A DNA stretch of 64,000 nucleotides from Eledone cirrhosa (taxonomy: Eukaryota), in NCBI GenBank assembly GCA_964016885.1, contig CAXHJY010001656.1, positions 33,379 to 97,378 of the forward strand. Reading direction: 5' to 3'. The notes beneath the pieces were generated by a model, which saw only the letters and a list, made by a program, of their open reading frames with translations, did no database searches and was not told the DNA's origin. A program made the translations under genes and the position numbers. Positions within the stretch are counted from its first letter, which is position 1; each line of letters opens with the position of its first letter. Positions 25,288 through 39,817 of the stretch are shown piece after piece.

Positions 25288-25685
25288 GACCCCTTAGCCT
25301 TTGTCAAGGCAGAATTCTAGGAGAAGGAAAACTCTGATATAACACCTGCAACCCTGATGGTATCCAATGATGTTGACTTGTTCTTCTTTTTGGTACATAT
25401 CATCTTGGTTAAGAGAGTGGGACTGGCTTTGTGCAGTGCCTTTGCTCACTATAAAAGCTTCACGGCACAGGCATTGCTTTATATCTGGAGATCTCTCTGC
25501 ACTTGTCACATGGTACCATGGGCCCAGCACTATGTGTCAATAATGGTCACAGGTGTAGTCTTTGTACCAGAGTTTTCAAGTCGCTGGCTGGACTAAAAAG
25601 TCACATTCGTTCAGCGCATCGGTAAGGGTTCTCCTACATGGATATAAAGTAGTGGCCGTACTCGAAAACGAGTTGGCAGCCACCA
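25288..25685 (+). mobile_element. Non-autonomous bipartite RTE derivative, copy 1
   Basis: RTE 5'-UTR motif ctaggagaaggaaaactctg. 3' part 25518-25625 encodes [35 protein letters not shown] (RTE C-terminal C2H2 finger). A short 3' UTR with an actcg/cgagt stem runs into (TA)n. Confidence 0.8.
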
Positions 25686-25743
25686 TATATATATGTATGT
25701 ATATATATATATATATGTATGTATATATATATATATATGTATG

Positions 25744-25776
<33 letters not shown>

Positions 25777-25801
25777 ATATATAAATATATATATGTATGT
25801 A

Positions 25802-25848
<47 letters not shown>

Positions 25849-25871
25849 ATGTATATATATATATATATGTA

Positions 25872-26095
<224 letters not shown>

Positions 26096-26578
26096 TATAT
26101 ATATATATATATATATGTATATGTATGTATATATATATGTATATATGTATATATATATATATGTATATATGTATGTATATATATATGTATGTATATATAT
26201 ATGTATATATATATGTATGTATGTATATATATATGTATGTATGTATATATGTATGTATATATATATGTATATATGTATGTATGTATATATATATGTATAT
26301 ATGTATGTATATATATATGTATATATATATGTATGTATATATATATGTATATATGTATGTATATATATATGTATATATGTATGTATATATGTATATATGT
26401 ATGTATATATGTATGTATATATATATATGTATGTATATATATATGTATATATATTATGTATATATATATATATGTATATATATATATGTCTATTTATATA
26501 TATATGTATATATATATGTATATATATGTATATATATATGTATATATGTATATTTATAAATATATGTATATATATATG

Positions 26579-26729
<151 letters not shown>

Positions 26730-26806
26730 GTATATATATATGTATATATATATGTATATATATATGTATATATAAATGTATATATATATGTATATGTATA
26801 TGTATA

Positions 26807-26899
<93 letters not shown>

Positions 26900-26900
26900 G

Positions 26901-26996
<96 letters not shown>

Positions 26997-26998
26997 TG

Positions 26999-27109
<111 letters not shown>

Positions 27110-27129
27110 GTACATGTATATATATATAC

Positions 27130-27313
<184 letters not shown>

Positions 27314-27314
27314 A

Positions 27315-27715
27315 GACCCCTTAGCCTTTGTCAAGGCAGAATTCTAGGAGAAGGAAAACTCTGATATAACACCTGCAACCCTGATGGTATCCAATGATGT
27401 TGACTTGTTCTTCTTTTTGGTACATATCATCTTGGCTAAGAGAGTGGGACTGGCTTTGTGCAGTGCCTTTGCTCACTATAAAAGCTTCACGGCACAGGCA
27501 TTGCTTTATATCTGGAGATCTCTCTGCACTTGTCGTCAGATGGTACCATGGGCCCAGCACTATGTGTCAATAATTGTCAAAAGTGTAGTGTTTGTACCAG
27601 AGTTTTCAAATCGCTGGCTAGACTAAAATGTCACACTCGTTCAGCGCATCGGTAGGGGTCCTCCTACATGGATATAAAGTAGTGGCCGTACTCGAAAACG
27701 AGTTGGCAGCCACCA
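27315..27715 (+). mobile_element. Non-autonomous bipartite RTE derivative, copy 2
   Basis: Colinear with copy 1, with scattered substitutions and a 3-nt indel. 27548-27655 encodes [35 protein letters not shown]. Confidence 0.8.
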
Positions 27716-27806
27716 TGTATGTATGTATATATATATATATATATGTATGCATATATATGTATGTATGTATGTATGTATTTATGTATATATATATAAATGT
27801 ATGTAT

Positions 27807-27847
<41 letters not shown>

Positions 27848-28003
27848 TATATATGTATGTATGGATATATATATGTATGTATGGATATATATATGTATGT
27901 ATGGATATATATATGTATGTATGGATATATATATGTATGTATGGATATATATATATATGTATGTATGTATATATATATGTATGTATGTATATATATATGT
28001 ATG

Positions 28004-28105
<102 letters not shown>

Positions 28106-28175
28106 TATGTATATATATATGTATGTAAATATATATGTATGTATATATATATATGTATGTAAATATATATGTATG

Positions 28176-28206
<31 letters not shown>

Positions 28207-28982
28207 ATATATATATTATATATATATATATGTATGTATATATATATATTATATATATATTATATATATATATAAGTATATATATATATATGTTTATATA
28301 TGTATGTATATATATTATATATATATGTATATATATTATATATGTATATATATATTATATATGTATATATATATTGTATATGTATATATATATATTATAT
28401 ATGTATATATATACATTATATATGTATATATATACATTATATATGTATATATATATATATATTATATATGTATATATATATATATTATATATGTATATAT
28501 ATATATTATATGTATATATATATATATATTATATATGTGTATATATATATATTATATATGTGTATATATATATATTATATATGTGTATATATATATATTA
28601 TATATGTGTATATATATATATTATATATGTGTATATATATATATTATATATGTATATATATATATATATTATATATGTGTATATATATATATTATATATG
28701 TGTATATATATATATTATATATGTATATATATATATATTATATATGTGTATATATATATATTATATACGTATATATATATATTATATATGTATATATATA
28801 TATTATATAGGTATATATGTATATATATTATATATGTATATATATATATTATATATGTATATATGTATATATATATATGTATGTATATATATGTATATAT
28901 ACGTAAATATATATGTATATATATATATTATATATGTATATATGTATATATATATATGTATGTATATATATGTATATATACG

Positions 28983-29013
<31 letters not shown>

Positions 29014-29082
29014 GTATATATGTGTATATATGTATATATGTGTATATATATATATATGTATGTATATATATGTATATATACG

Positions 29083-29115
<33 letters not shown>

Positions 29116-29209
29116 GTATATATGTGTATATATGTATATATATGTATATATGTATATATGTTGTATATATATGTATATATATGTATATATATGTATATAT
29201 ATGTATATA

Positions 29210-29240
<31 letters not shown>

Positions 29241-29395
29241 CATATATATTTATATATATATATGTATATACATGTATATATATATATATGCATATATATG
29301 TATATATGTATATATGTATATATATGTATATAAGTATATATATATATGTATATAAGTATATATGTATATATATATATATCCATATATAATATATG

Positions 29396-29433
<38 letters not shown>

Positions 29434-29499
29434 CGTATATATGTATATACATATGTAATATATGTATATATATATATATATATGCATGTGTGTGTGTGT

Positions 29500-29574
<75 letters not shown>

Positions 29575-29734
29575 TGTGTTTGTGTGTATATATATATATA
29601 TATGCGTGTGTGTGTATATATATATGCGTGTGTGTGTGTATATATATGCGTGTGTGTGTATATATATATGCGTGTGTGTGTATATATATATGCGTGTGTG
29701 TGTATATATATATGCGTGTGTGTGTATATATATG

Positions 29735-29817
<83 letters not shown>

Positions 29818-29842
29818 AGTGGTAGATTTATCTGTGTATATA

Positions 29843-29918
<76 letters not shown>

Positions 29919-30066
29919 ACACGTTTACACTCGCGTGTTTAATGTTTATGTACTTAAAACGAAGTGACGATTTCCGAAAACTCAGTTTTCATAACATTCT
30001 CTTTAAAGTGTTCCGCCATTTGACCGTAGAATCGCTGTATTTATTATAATTGGAAGGGTATGCATA

Positions 30067-30132
<66 letters not shown>

Positions 30133-30449
30133 GTGTGTGAATGTGTGGTAATACACACATATATATAGTGGTGTGCTTGACTATTCGTTTTATGAGTAAT
30201 ATAATTTGTGTCAAATTGTCTGCATATATAACTTATATGGTTGTGTGCCTCTGGCGAAGTATGTGAATATGAGGAGGGTCTTTGGGGTGGGAATGATATT
30301 AGTGTGATAGATAGACGTGGGGTGTGTGAGAGAAGGTGTTAGTAGTAGTAGTACGTGGTGGATGTGGTGCTGTGTTGTGCTGTGAAACTAGAAACGCTCT
30401 CAGTGCAAACGGATTTTTGTTAAATTGTTTTGCATATGCACACACACAG

Positions 30450-30490
<41 letters not shown>

Positions 30491-30512
30491 ATGTGTGCGT
30501 GTGTGTGTGTGC

Positions 30513-30545
30513 ATACTAGCTGTAGTACCCGACATTGTTCGGGAA
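30513..30545. mobile_element. Helitron/Helentron-type terminus
   Basis: actagctgtagtacccgacattgttcggg: CTAG next to a short cccga/tcggg hairpin. The other end was not identified. Confidence 0.5.
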
Positions 30546-30972
30546 GGTTATGACTTTGTCAGTGGAGAATTTCTTGTAAAAAAAAAAATTAATTGCAATC
30601 CTGCACTAATATATTATTTAAAACTTAACACGTATTATATTCACTGTGTGTGTGTGGTCTTCTCTGTGTGAGTGTGTATGTGGTCTTGGTTTTGTTCAGT
30701 ACCTCACTAGTTCGCCAAATTAAGATCGATAGATTTATAGACTGAAATAAGTATTGGGATTGATATGATCGCCGAATCTCTTTATGGCCTCAGTTCTAAT
30801 GAATGACTGAAACCAAATCAATGAAAGATTTATATTCGAACTCTGTATAAAAGTCCGGCTCTACTTCAGAGTCAAAATTTTATTCAGTCCTTTTAACAAC
30901 TTGTGAAGCCTTACAAAACACAGGAATGACCCTCAAATGGTACAGATTCAACATACAGTATGGCGCTGTTAC

Positions 30973-31059
30973 CTGACACCTGGTCATATCGTAACATGAC
31001 CTCGCCCTCCCCTCCTCCTGTTCTATTGTTCTCTTTGACCTTAGACCGCCATTGTCTTC
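30973..31059 (-). other. Candidate 87-nt exon (5' UTR or coding)
   Basis: Pyrimidine-rich ..ttcattAG acceptor and CAG|GTAAC donor. An upstream CAG|GTGAG donor at 31155 defines a ~95-nt intron. Open in two frames. No protein homology recognised. Confidence 0.35.
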
Positions 31060-31304
31060 CTAATGAATATATTAAAGGAAACCTACTACAAAAATAGCAA
31101 AGCCTAGCTTAAATATTCTCAATCTCTTGTTTACACACACACCCCCTCCCTCACCTGTTTTTGTATTTTCATTTATCGATCTCCCATTTTTTGTTATCGA
31201 GACAAAACTTCACTTTCGTGCTGTCGACTAATCTTCTCTTAATTTTGATTGATTCCTTATCTTCACTCTCTTATTTAATTCCCAATCACCTTCAGGTGTA
31301 AATA

Positions 31305-31345
<41 letters not shown>

Positions 31346-31385
31346 AGAGAGAGAGAGAGTCTGTGTGTATATATATACATATGCG

Positions 31386-31416
<31 letters not shown>

Positions 31417-32527
31417 CTGTGTCTGTGTGTGTGAGAGTGTGTATGTATGGGGTTTGTCTAATTTTACGACTGTCCTACTTGCTGCTTAATGCTCGACAAA
31501 ACCCTGGATAGGTTCTGACCAAATGGGCGTCAATGACCGTCTATCAAGGCTCGACACAGACTGTGTGTGTCATTTTCATTCTGTTTAACTTACACATACA
31601 CACTCTTTCTTTATCATTTTCAATCCCTATTTCCAATGTGACCCCATTTCCATCCATCATTTTACTCTACCCTCCGTCATCTCAGTCCTTCCTGCTCACT
31701 TAAAACCACGTCTATTTCCTACTTCCTTCCAAACCTATATACCCCTATCTCTTCCACATTGTTGACACCCTGGCCACCATGTTGCCTTTTTTCATTCTTT
31801 CTTTCCTTTGCCGCCGCCTTGACGTCTCTTTTTACATTAGATATTTATTTTTTCTGATTTCCTCTTTTCATTTTCCTCTTATTGAATTGAACTTATGTTT
31901 AGCGTGTATAACATATATTTCAATCTTTTCAGCCATTAGATTGCGGTCATGCTGGGGCACGGTGATGCTGGGGCACCACCTTGAGGGAGTTTTAGTCGAT
32001 CATATCTTAACACCAGTACTTTTTAAAATCAAACTGGTACTTATTTTATCAATCTCAATTCCACTGATTTAAACAAATTCCATTTTTTATATTTTATTAA
32101 AATGTTACTTTTTTCTTCTGACATTTTCCCCCTATTTGTACAGGGTACGACAGAAAAATCTCCCATATGTTTTCAAGAGAATGCCTAAACAACACTCATG
32201 GTGGTGTAGTAAATATAGAAAAACAGTGTTTCATAGAAAAATAATCACTGCAGATATTTTAGTACCTTATTTACGTAGTATTTTAATTTGGTGAAATTCT
32301 CAAAATATTAACCTTAAATATAAGACGATACCATTTTATCGATTTTTTTGTCATATTTCTCTGCTTATATACGAGTTTACACGGTATGTTTTATATATGA
32401 GTATATATGGTATGTTTAAAATATTTCCTCTGACGTTACTGTTCACTCTTTTTGTGAATAAATAACCCCACTGAAACTCTACTCTTTTAGCACAACTGGT
32501 GAACACTTGTCTCCAGACTGTCTAGAC

Positions 32528-32600
32528 CAGGGATCCCCAAACATTTTAAACTATCGACCTTTTCATGGATCCTTGACCTTTTCATCGACCCCAGTCACGT
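32528..32600. mobile_element. hAT/Charlie-type left end
   Basis: cagggatccccaaac preceded by gtctagac, the Charlie target consensus NTCTAGAN. The right end was not seen. Confidence 0.55.
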
Positions 32601-32857
32601 ACAAAAATAAATTAGTAAACATAATATCAAATAAATTGACAATAAAGAATAATTATGAGAAACATACCTGTGTAAGCAAGTTGTATTATGTTTTGTGTGC
32701 CTAAAGTAGAAACAATTATGTTTTGTGACAAATGAAAGATATCATTGTTATGTATTTTTATTTCTGATACAAATGTCAGGGTTTTTTTGCCAAAAAGTTC
32801 AATTAACCCCATAAGGGTAGAGAAATCGATATCATCCACTTGGATTGTCTTCATTTA

Positions 32858-33042
32858 CCATATGTACTTGAATATAAGCTGAGGAATATGTGACCAAAAA
32901 TTGATGGTGGTAGTGGGGATTGTATTCAAGGTCAATATATTGACGATTTTCACCAATTTCAAATTCCACGTAAATAAGGTTTGTATGTTTGCCTATTTCA
33001 GACATAAAATAGTGGGGTCAACTTATATTCGAGTATATATTG
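32858..33042. mobile_element. TA-flanked pogo/Tc1-type MITE
   Basis: TIRs ccatatgtacttgaatataagctga / tcaacttatattcgagtatatattg with TA on both sides. Sister copy at 50987-51180, and a right-end fragment ends near 32387. Confidence 0.75.
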
Positions 33043-34431
33043 TACATAGTAAGTAATTTCTGTATTATAATAGAATTTCCAGCTATTTTTGGTGATTTCT
33101 TGTGACACCAATTATTTAAAACTACAGCATTTTAACCTATATTTTCCAGTTCTATTAATGTCCTTGATTTGTCATTTCTATTTTTTCATTTGTAAATTAA
33201 CCCTTCTTGATAATTATCAAATGTAATTAATTAATCTTGACATTGAATAATTGAAGTATTTAAAGAACAGAAGTATTTTTTTTTAATTTCGTCTTCACAT
33301 TTACATAAAATGATTGTATTTACAATCAGCAATATATTTCAATAATGAATGTATTTAAAGACAGAGTCCACCCTCGCTCCCTCCATTCTTTTTCAGAAAA
33401 AAGTGGAGGTTGAAGGTCAGATTAGTTGAAAAACACATGAATAAAAACTGAGAAAAAAAATTTTCTTAGTGGAATTATTTGTCTTTTACTTAACATTTCA
33501 TTATGAAATTATTATCTATCTATATCAGCAATTCTCAAACAGGAAACACTTGGCTCATTTCTTGTGAGGAATTTTAGTCAGGGTAGGAATCCAAACTAAA
33601 AAAGAATAATGTAAATTGTGTATATATCAAATGAAATATGTCGAATTAACATTTCACAAAAATACTGCCGCTTGACTTAATAAATTCCGTTGGGATACTC
33701 TAAAGTAGTTGATAAAATATGTCAGTAACATATGTTATCTGACATAGATGTGGGCAAAATTGTAGTTATGTAACCTTTGTGAAACAAAACAGCTTGAAAC
33801 CACCTTTGATTCTATGATGCATAGCTGATCATTTTGAAATATTGATATTTATCTAAAAATCTTCTATCATATTTTTTTCTGGTTGTCATCTTCCAAACAC
33901 CTACTTAATGAAGAAATTAGTTATATTACTAAATCTTTTTAAATTCTTGATCATTTTCAAAATTATTTGGAACAAAATATGGAAATCATAGGCAATGTCT
34001 TTTATTAGAAATATAGTAATACAATGCTTAAATTATTTGAAGTATATTTACTCTAAAGAGACTGGAAATTGCTTATGGCTTTTTATAAGTTTTGTAGACT
34101 GGCCAAGTTGATAAATGTAGATGTTAGGCTTCAAATTCTGTACATTGATATTAGATAGGAAAATGTGGTCAATGGAGTGACTCTGAGAAATCTAGTCTCC
34201 AGAAGGAAGAATTTAACTATGTACAAGGTTTATGTGATTAGACATTGTGTTGAAATAAGATGGGAATATCTTTTTGTTTTTTGCTGTTTAGTTAGGCAGA
34301 GAAGGGCAGCAGTACCCATGACTGTTTCCTAGATTCCAACATTGGTGGGAGAGTGACAAAGAAGGTGTCCTCAAATTGGATACCTGGTCTGACTCTTTGC
34401 TAAAATCACCCAAGGTACAAGCAGTGATGTT

Positions 34432-34613
34432 TAATCCTTTAGCATTCACATTACTCTATATTTACTATTGTATTATCTCACATAATATCGAATCTATGAG
34501 ATTTTGAAATTATTTATTTTGAGGAACAATACCTTAACATCAGTATGAATGGTAGTTATGGCCAGTTTGAACAGAAAGAGGTGAGAGAATTCTGGCTGGA
34601 TACAGCCTGATTA
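34432..34613. mobile_element. piggyBac-type (TTAA) MITE, degenerate, inverted relative to 41832
   Basis: ttaatcctttagcattcacattactctatatttactatt; internal homology to 41832-42071. Confidence 0.7.
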
Positions 34614-34949
34614 AGCTGTACAACAAATTCAGTCTACCACTCAAGTAGGACACAACAAGATTTAAACTTAAAATATACAGAGCCAGAACAAATACTCACT
34701 AAACATCTTATTCAATTTGCCAATCCACTGCCTTAGGTCTTAACCTTGAAAAGACGAAGGTAAAGTTGATCTTAGTGGGTTTAAAATCCAAAGCTGGAAC
34801 AAATACTACAAGGTATTTTTGCCCTACACTCTAATAACTGTCAATTAACCACAGATCTGATTTAGCTAAACATGTACTGTTGAAATAAAGGTAGAAGAGA
34901 GTGAGACTGTGTATGTGTGCAAGGGCAGGGGAGACAGTATATGTGTGTG

Positions 34950-35125
34950 ATGTGGTAGTGTACAGGCTAATAAATCTTTGTCAATGAACTGAAAGGTCAT
35001 TGACTAGATATAGCAGCAGCACTGTAAGTGCTGTAAAATGGCTCCTTGAGAATTGTAGAGGTTTAGTTATGGATCAACAGAGACTGACATATTTTTCTGA
35101 TCTTGAAGAGGAAGGAAACCTATTT
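34950..35125 (+). mobile_element. Possible degenerate RTE apurinic-endonuclease N-terminus
   Basis: VNELKGH*LDIAAAL* and later IFF*S resemble the ELxRYxxDIAALxE and TFFWSG motifs. Confidence 0.45.
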
Positions 35126-35668
35126 AGTCAAAGATAGAAAGGCAGTGCCCATGACCCTTTTTAGGGTTCCTGAAACTGGAGGGAGGAAGGTATGTTCAAA
35201 CCCAGAAGCTTGGTGGAATGCTTGCATCAGAATAGATTCTGTCTATGAAACCATAACTCACCCTGGTAACCATATGATCATGAACCCAACATCCTAACGC
35301 CTAACCATTAGCCCATGAGCTTTTTAAGCCTCATGGAAAACAGACATAAAATGTAAAGCAATGTGTCTGCCATAACCAGGGTTGGCGGGGAAACAAATAT
35401 ATTCACACCATCAATTCATTTTCACTAGTAAAAAGAAAATGGCCAAGCCAATAACCCTGATTTGTTTGAATGACCTGAAGGTCATGTGTATGTTTGCCAA
35501 TGTATGGGGAACAACTTGTTGACACAGTTTTAAATCTGGTCATATCTACCACAACCACCACCATTTTAGAGGTTGCTAGCTTTTTAAATACTCATGAGAA
35601 GCAGACTCCTCTTCAACCCACTCTTTCTATCTCTCTCTCCCTCCCTATATATATATATATATATATGA

Positions 35669-35705
<37 letters not shown>

Positions 35706-35779
35706 TATATATATATATATATATATATATCATCATCATCTCTTCGTGGAAAATGGACGTTAAACGAAGATGATGATGA

Positions 35780-35829
<50 letters not shown>

Positions 35830-36042
35830 ACTCATATATATATATACATGTATTTATATATATAATTTTTCTTCCTCTATCGATATTTTCTTTTGCTCTT
35901 TTTCCCTTTCATTCTCCCTTCTTTCTCTCTATATATCATCTCTCTTTTTCGGTTATTGTCACTTAGTCTCATCCCACACACACTCTCTCTCTCTCATCTC
36001 CCACACACACTCTCTCTCATCCAACACTTACTCTCTCTCTCT

Positions 36043-36078
<36 letters not shown>

Positions 36079-36246
36079 TTCCTCACACACTCTTTCATAC
36101 TAATACTTACCCCCATATTTTCCCATTGATTTTCCTGATTAGTCACTTCTCACCTATCTTGTTTAGACTTTCTCTTATTATCCACCCACAACCCATCCAG
36201 TGTGTACATACACTGATGCATTCATTCACTTTTTATTCATTCTTTC

Positions 36247-36430
36247 ATTTAGACATACAGCTCCCACATACCTCTCTCATTCACTTAGACACATATCTCT
36301 CACACACCTCTCTCATTCACTTAGACACATATCTCTCACACACCTCTCTCATTCACTTAGACACATATCTCTCACACACCTCTCTCATTCACTTAGACAC
36401 ATATCTCTCACACACCTCTCTCATTCACTT
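36247..36430. repeat. 36-bp minisatellite, ~5 copies
   Basis: Unit ttagacacatatctctcacacacctctctcattcac. Confidence 0.95.
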
Positions 36431-36542
36431 CATAAATCATAAAACAGAAATTGTTTATTCTGTCCAAACTTAGAAAAGCAAGCCAGTCTTATACACATCT
36501 AATAACTTCAGGGGTTACTAAATCTCTCTCTCTCTCTCTCTA

Positions 36543-36700
36543 TAAGGCCAGCAATTATCCCATGCATTACTGGTAATTTATTTTATCGACCTCGTAAGGA
36601 TGAAAGGCAAAGTTAACCTCGGCGGGATTTGAACTCAAGCGATAAACAGAGGTAACTCTATGCTGGAAAGCATCGTACCTGACCCTCTACCGATACTGAT
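36543..36700 (-). mobile_element. SINE family A
   Basis: aaggccagcaatt..aaggatgaaaggcaaagttaacctcggcgggatttgaactc. Confidence 0.9.
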
Positions 36701-37004
36701 TAATGGAATACTGAATTACAAGCTAACCCATTATGAGACGAGCCAGGTTGGATGATCATGTCTTGCTCATAAACAACTGATTTTGGCTTGGTTGCTACAC
36801 TGGATGCCCTTCATAATGTCAACCACTTTACAATATATATATATATATATACACACATACAGTGTCGCTTTCGTGTAAATGGTAAGCATAGCTTAATGGT
36901 ATATTGTAGGTTGGGGTTAGACCCATTGGTAGTGCTGTACAAAATTTTATCCAACCCATGTTAGCAAGGAAAGCGGACATTAAAATGACAATGATGAGAA
37001 TGAC

Positions 37005-37073
<69 letters not shown>

Positions 37074-37617
37074 GACTGATGAGATGGGACTGCCCGGTTG
37101 TGACATATTTGTCCATGAATACAGGCATGGCTGAGTGGTTAAGAAGTTCACTTCATTATCATGAGATCCAGCATAGCATTTTGAGCAAATGTCATTACCC
37201 ATAGTTTCAGATCAACTGGAGCTTTGTGAGCAAAATTGTGTCGACAGAAACTATGTAGAAGCCCATCAAATGGACTGTAAGGCCCCCATGTCATTTCATA
37301 TGGGTTACATTTTTTTGGTGTGTGTGTGGCGAGGGCGTAATGTTTCTCACCTGGATGTCCTTCCAATCATCAATACTTTGAATCTACCTGTTGATTCCAC
37401 AGAGTGTACACATATTTGTAGAATCCTCAGCCACTTGCAAGGGATTTTACAAGCTGGCAGTTCCATTGATTAAACAATTGGAATGTTCATTGTTGAAACC
37501 AATAAAAGTTCATTAAATATGTACAAGGATAAATGGAATGTGTGTGTGTGTGTGTGTGTGTGCTTCAGAGGGATATTATAGATCTCTGATCTCATATCAA
37601 CCAATTCCTTCATTTTC

Positions 37618-37669
<52 letters not shown>

Positions 37670-38290
37670 AGAATCCACCTCAATACTGCTGGATTAGTAC
37701 ATTATTTATTGACCTCAAAAAGGATGAAAGCCAAAGTGGTCCTGGTGGGATTTGAACTCAGAATGCAGAACACCAGAAGGAATACTGCAAAGCACTCGAT
37801 CTGAAACCCTAGCACACAGCCAATTCTCAGAGACAGGTAACGAATATCAACTCCCCCACTCCTGCCTCACACCTCTGCTTGTTGTTCCATACCTCAACAT
37901 TATTCATATTGTCAATATTTTGTTTTAATTTTTCAAATGCTTAATTGTTTTCCATCCTCTACTTGGTCATGTTATATTCAGTAATTCCCTAATTCTCATT
38001 CTTTTAATGTTTTTTTCTCTTAAAAGAATCTTTACATTCCTTAGTTCCACTATTGAGTCTTTTTCTCTCCACCATAAATTCCAGTCCTTCCTTTGTCCCT
38101 TCTTCTTCAAATTGTACTTGGAATTCAAGAGGACAACTATAAATACCTTTATAAGGACTATGTAGTACACGTGCACATTATACACACACATTTAAACATT
38201 CATACACAAGCTTTCTCACTTGCGAATACATACATTCACACACACTCTCACTCATTATAAATATGACAAATTTTTTTCCATGCCAGCATG

Positions 38291-38329
<39 letters not shown>

Positions 38330-38422
38330 CATATATATATATATATATATATACATTCTCAAATTTTGTGTATTTCAGATTTGTGTGTGTATTTATGTGT
38401 GAATATAATAGGTATGTGTATT

Positions 38423-38509
<87 letters not shown>

Positions 38510-38868
38510 ATACATATACATAAAGAACTCAACTTTTTTTATTAAGTAGAATTGTAAATTGTAACTTTCAAACTGCAACTATATTAAAAAATAAAAATAA
38601 AAATAGAAATATTGTTTAAATAGATTTAAAAATACCTAAAGTGTATACAAAAATTGGGCAAAATGTAAAAATTATTATAAATAAAAGAACAAAAAGAAAT
38701 ATTTTCAAGGAGAAAGCAGTGGAGATCAGTGAAATGGAAGGAATAATATTTTTCCTTTTTGGTTGTGAAGAAGGAATTTCAATATCAAAAAGTCACAAAG
38801 AAAAAGGCATCTCAAAGTAGCACAACTCCCCTAACACCCTGCCTTTTTTATATTAATTTTATTTTGTT

Positions 38869-39056
38869 TGGCAGTATCGGTAGAACGTCAGACACCATGC
38901 TTTGCAGCATAGAGTTATGGCCCTTTACTTTCTGGGTTCAAATCCTTCACGGTTAGCTTTGCCTTTCATCCTTACGGGGTTGATGAAATAAAGCACCAGT
39001 AATGCACTGGGGGGGTAATTGCTGGCCTTGTGACAAAAGTAGAAACCGTATTATTA
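38869..39056 (+). mobile_element. SINE family A
   Basis: tggcagtatcggtag..ctttgcctttcatccttacgggg..gtagaaaccgtattatt. Confidence 0.9.
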
Positions 39057-39077
39057 TTTACAACTACCAATCTTATT

Positions 39078-39121
<44 letters not shown>

Positions 39122-39414
39122 ATTACTACTACCACCATCACCACCACTACTCAGTACATCCTGAAAAGGAAGGGATAGTGTTGGTACCATGATAAAAATG
39201 CACCCAATTCACTCTGTAGAGTGGTTGTGCTAGTGTTTTGTAAAACACACTGTTCTGGTGCCATGAAAACCATAATAAGCATGACTGGCTGCTCCAACCT
39301 ATCTGGTCTCAGACTGTGACAACAGATCCAATCCATGTCAACATAGATAGCAGACATATGATGATGATGATATATATATATATATGCAAAGTGGTCATGT
39401 AGATGTCACAACAA

Positions 39415-39608
39415 AAAGCACCCAGTACTCACTGTAAATGAGATTTGCTCTAGGAAGGGCATACAGTTGTAGAAACCAAGCCAGAATCGATTCTGTATGA
39501 GCATGACAGGGTCACTTGACCTGGCATTGCTCAAGACAGGATAACTTGTCTAACCCATGCCAGTGTGGAAAAATATATGTTAAACAGTGATGTTGATTAT
39601 GATGATGA
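39415..39608 (+). mobile_element. RTE-tail repeat (aggaagggcatc domain plus cccatgccagtgtggaaaa..gatgat tail)
   Basis: Close sister copy at ~40335-40490. Same 3' region as the RTE at 46291-46895. Minus copies near 55395-55535 and 56555-56712. Confidence 0.8.
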
Positions 39609-39750
39609 TATATATATATAGAGATGATTACAAATAACATGTTTAAATTACATTAAATCATTTAATTGGTTGAGAAACATTTCGATCAACACAAAGAATA
39701 TCTCAAAAAATATTTGGACATGTGATGGTAAATATTTATGTCATTTAATA

Positions 39751-39817
39751 GATTCTGATGAGATCAATGCAGCAGGAATGAATGTTCCTGTTGTGTTGAT
39801 CAAAATGTTCATCAATC
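39751..39817 (+). ncRNA. Type I hammerhead motif with one core substitution and an inverted partial copy upstream
   Basis: gatt-CTGATGA-17-bp stem II (gatcaatgcagcaggaa/ttcctgttgtgttgatc)-AAAAT-gttc-ATC-aatc. The inverted copy at 39642-39692 retains gatcGAAAt. Confidence 0.7.
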
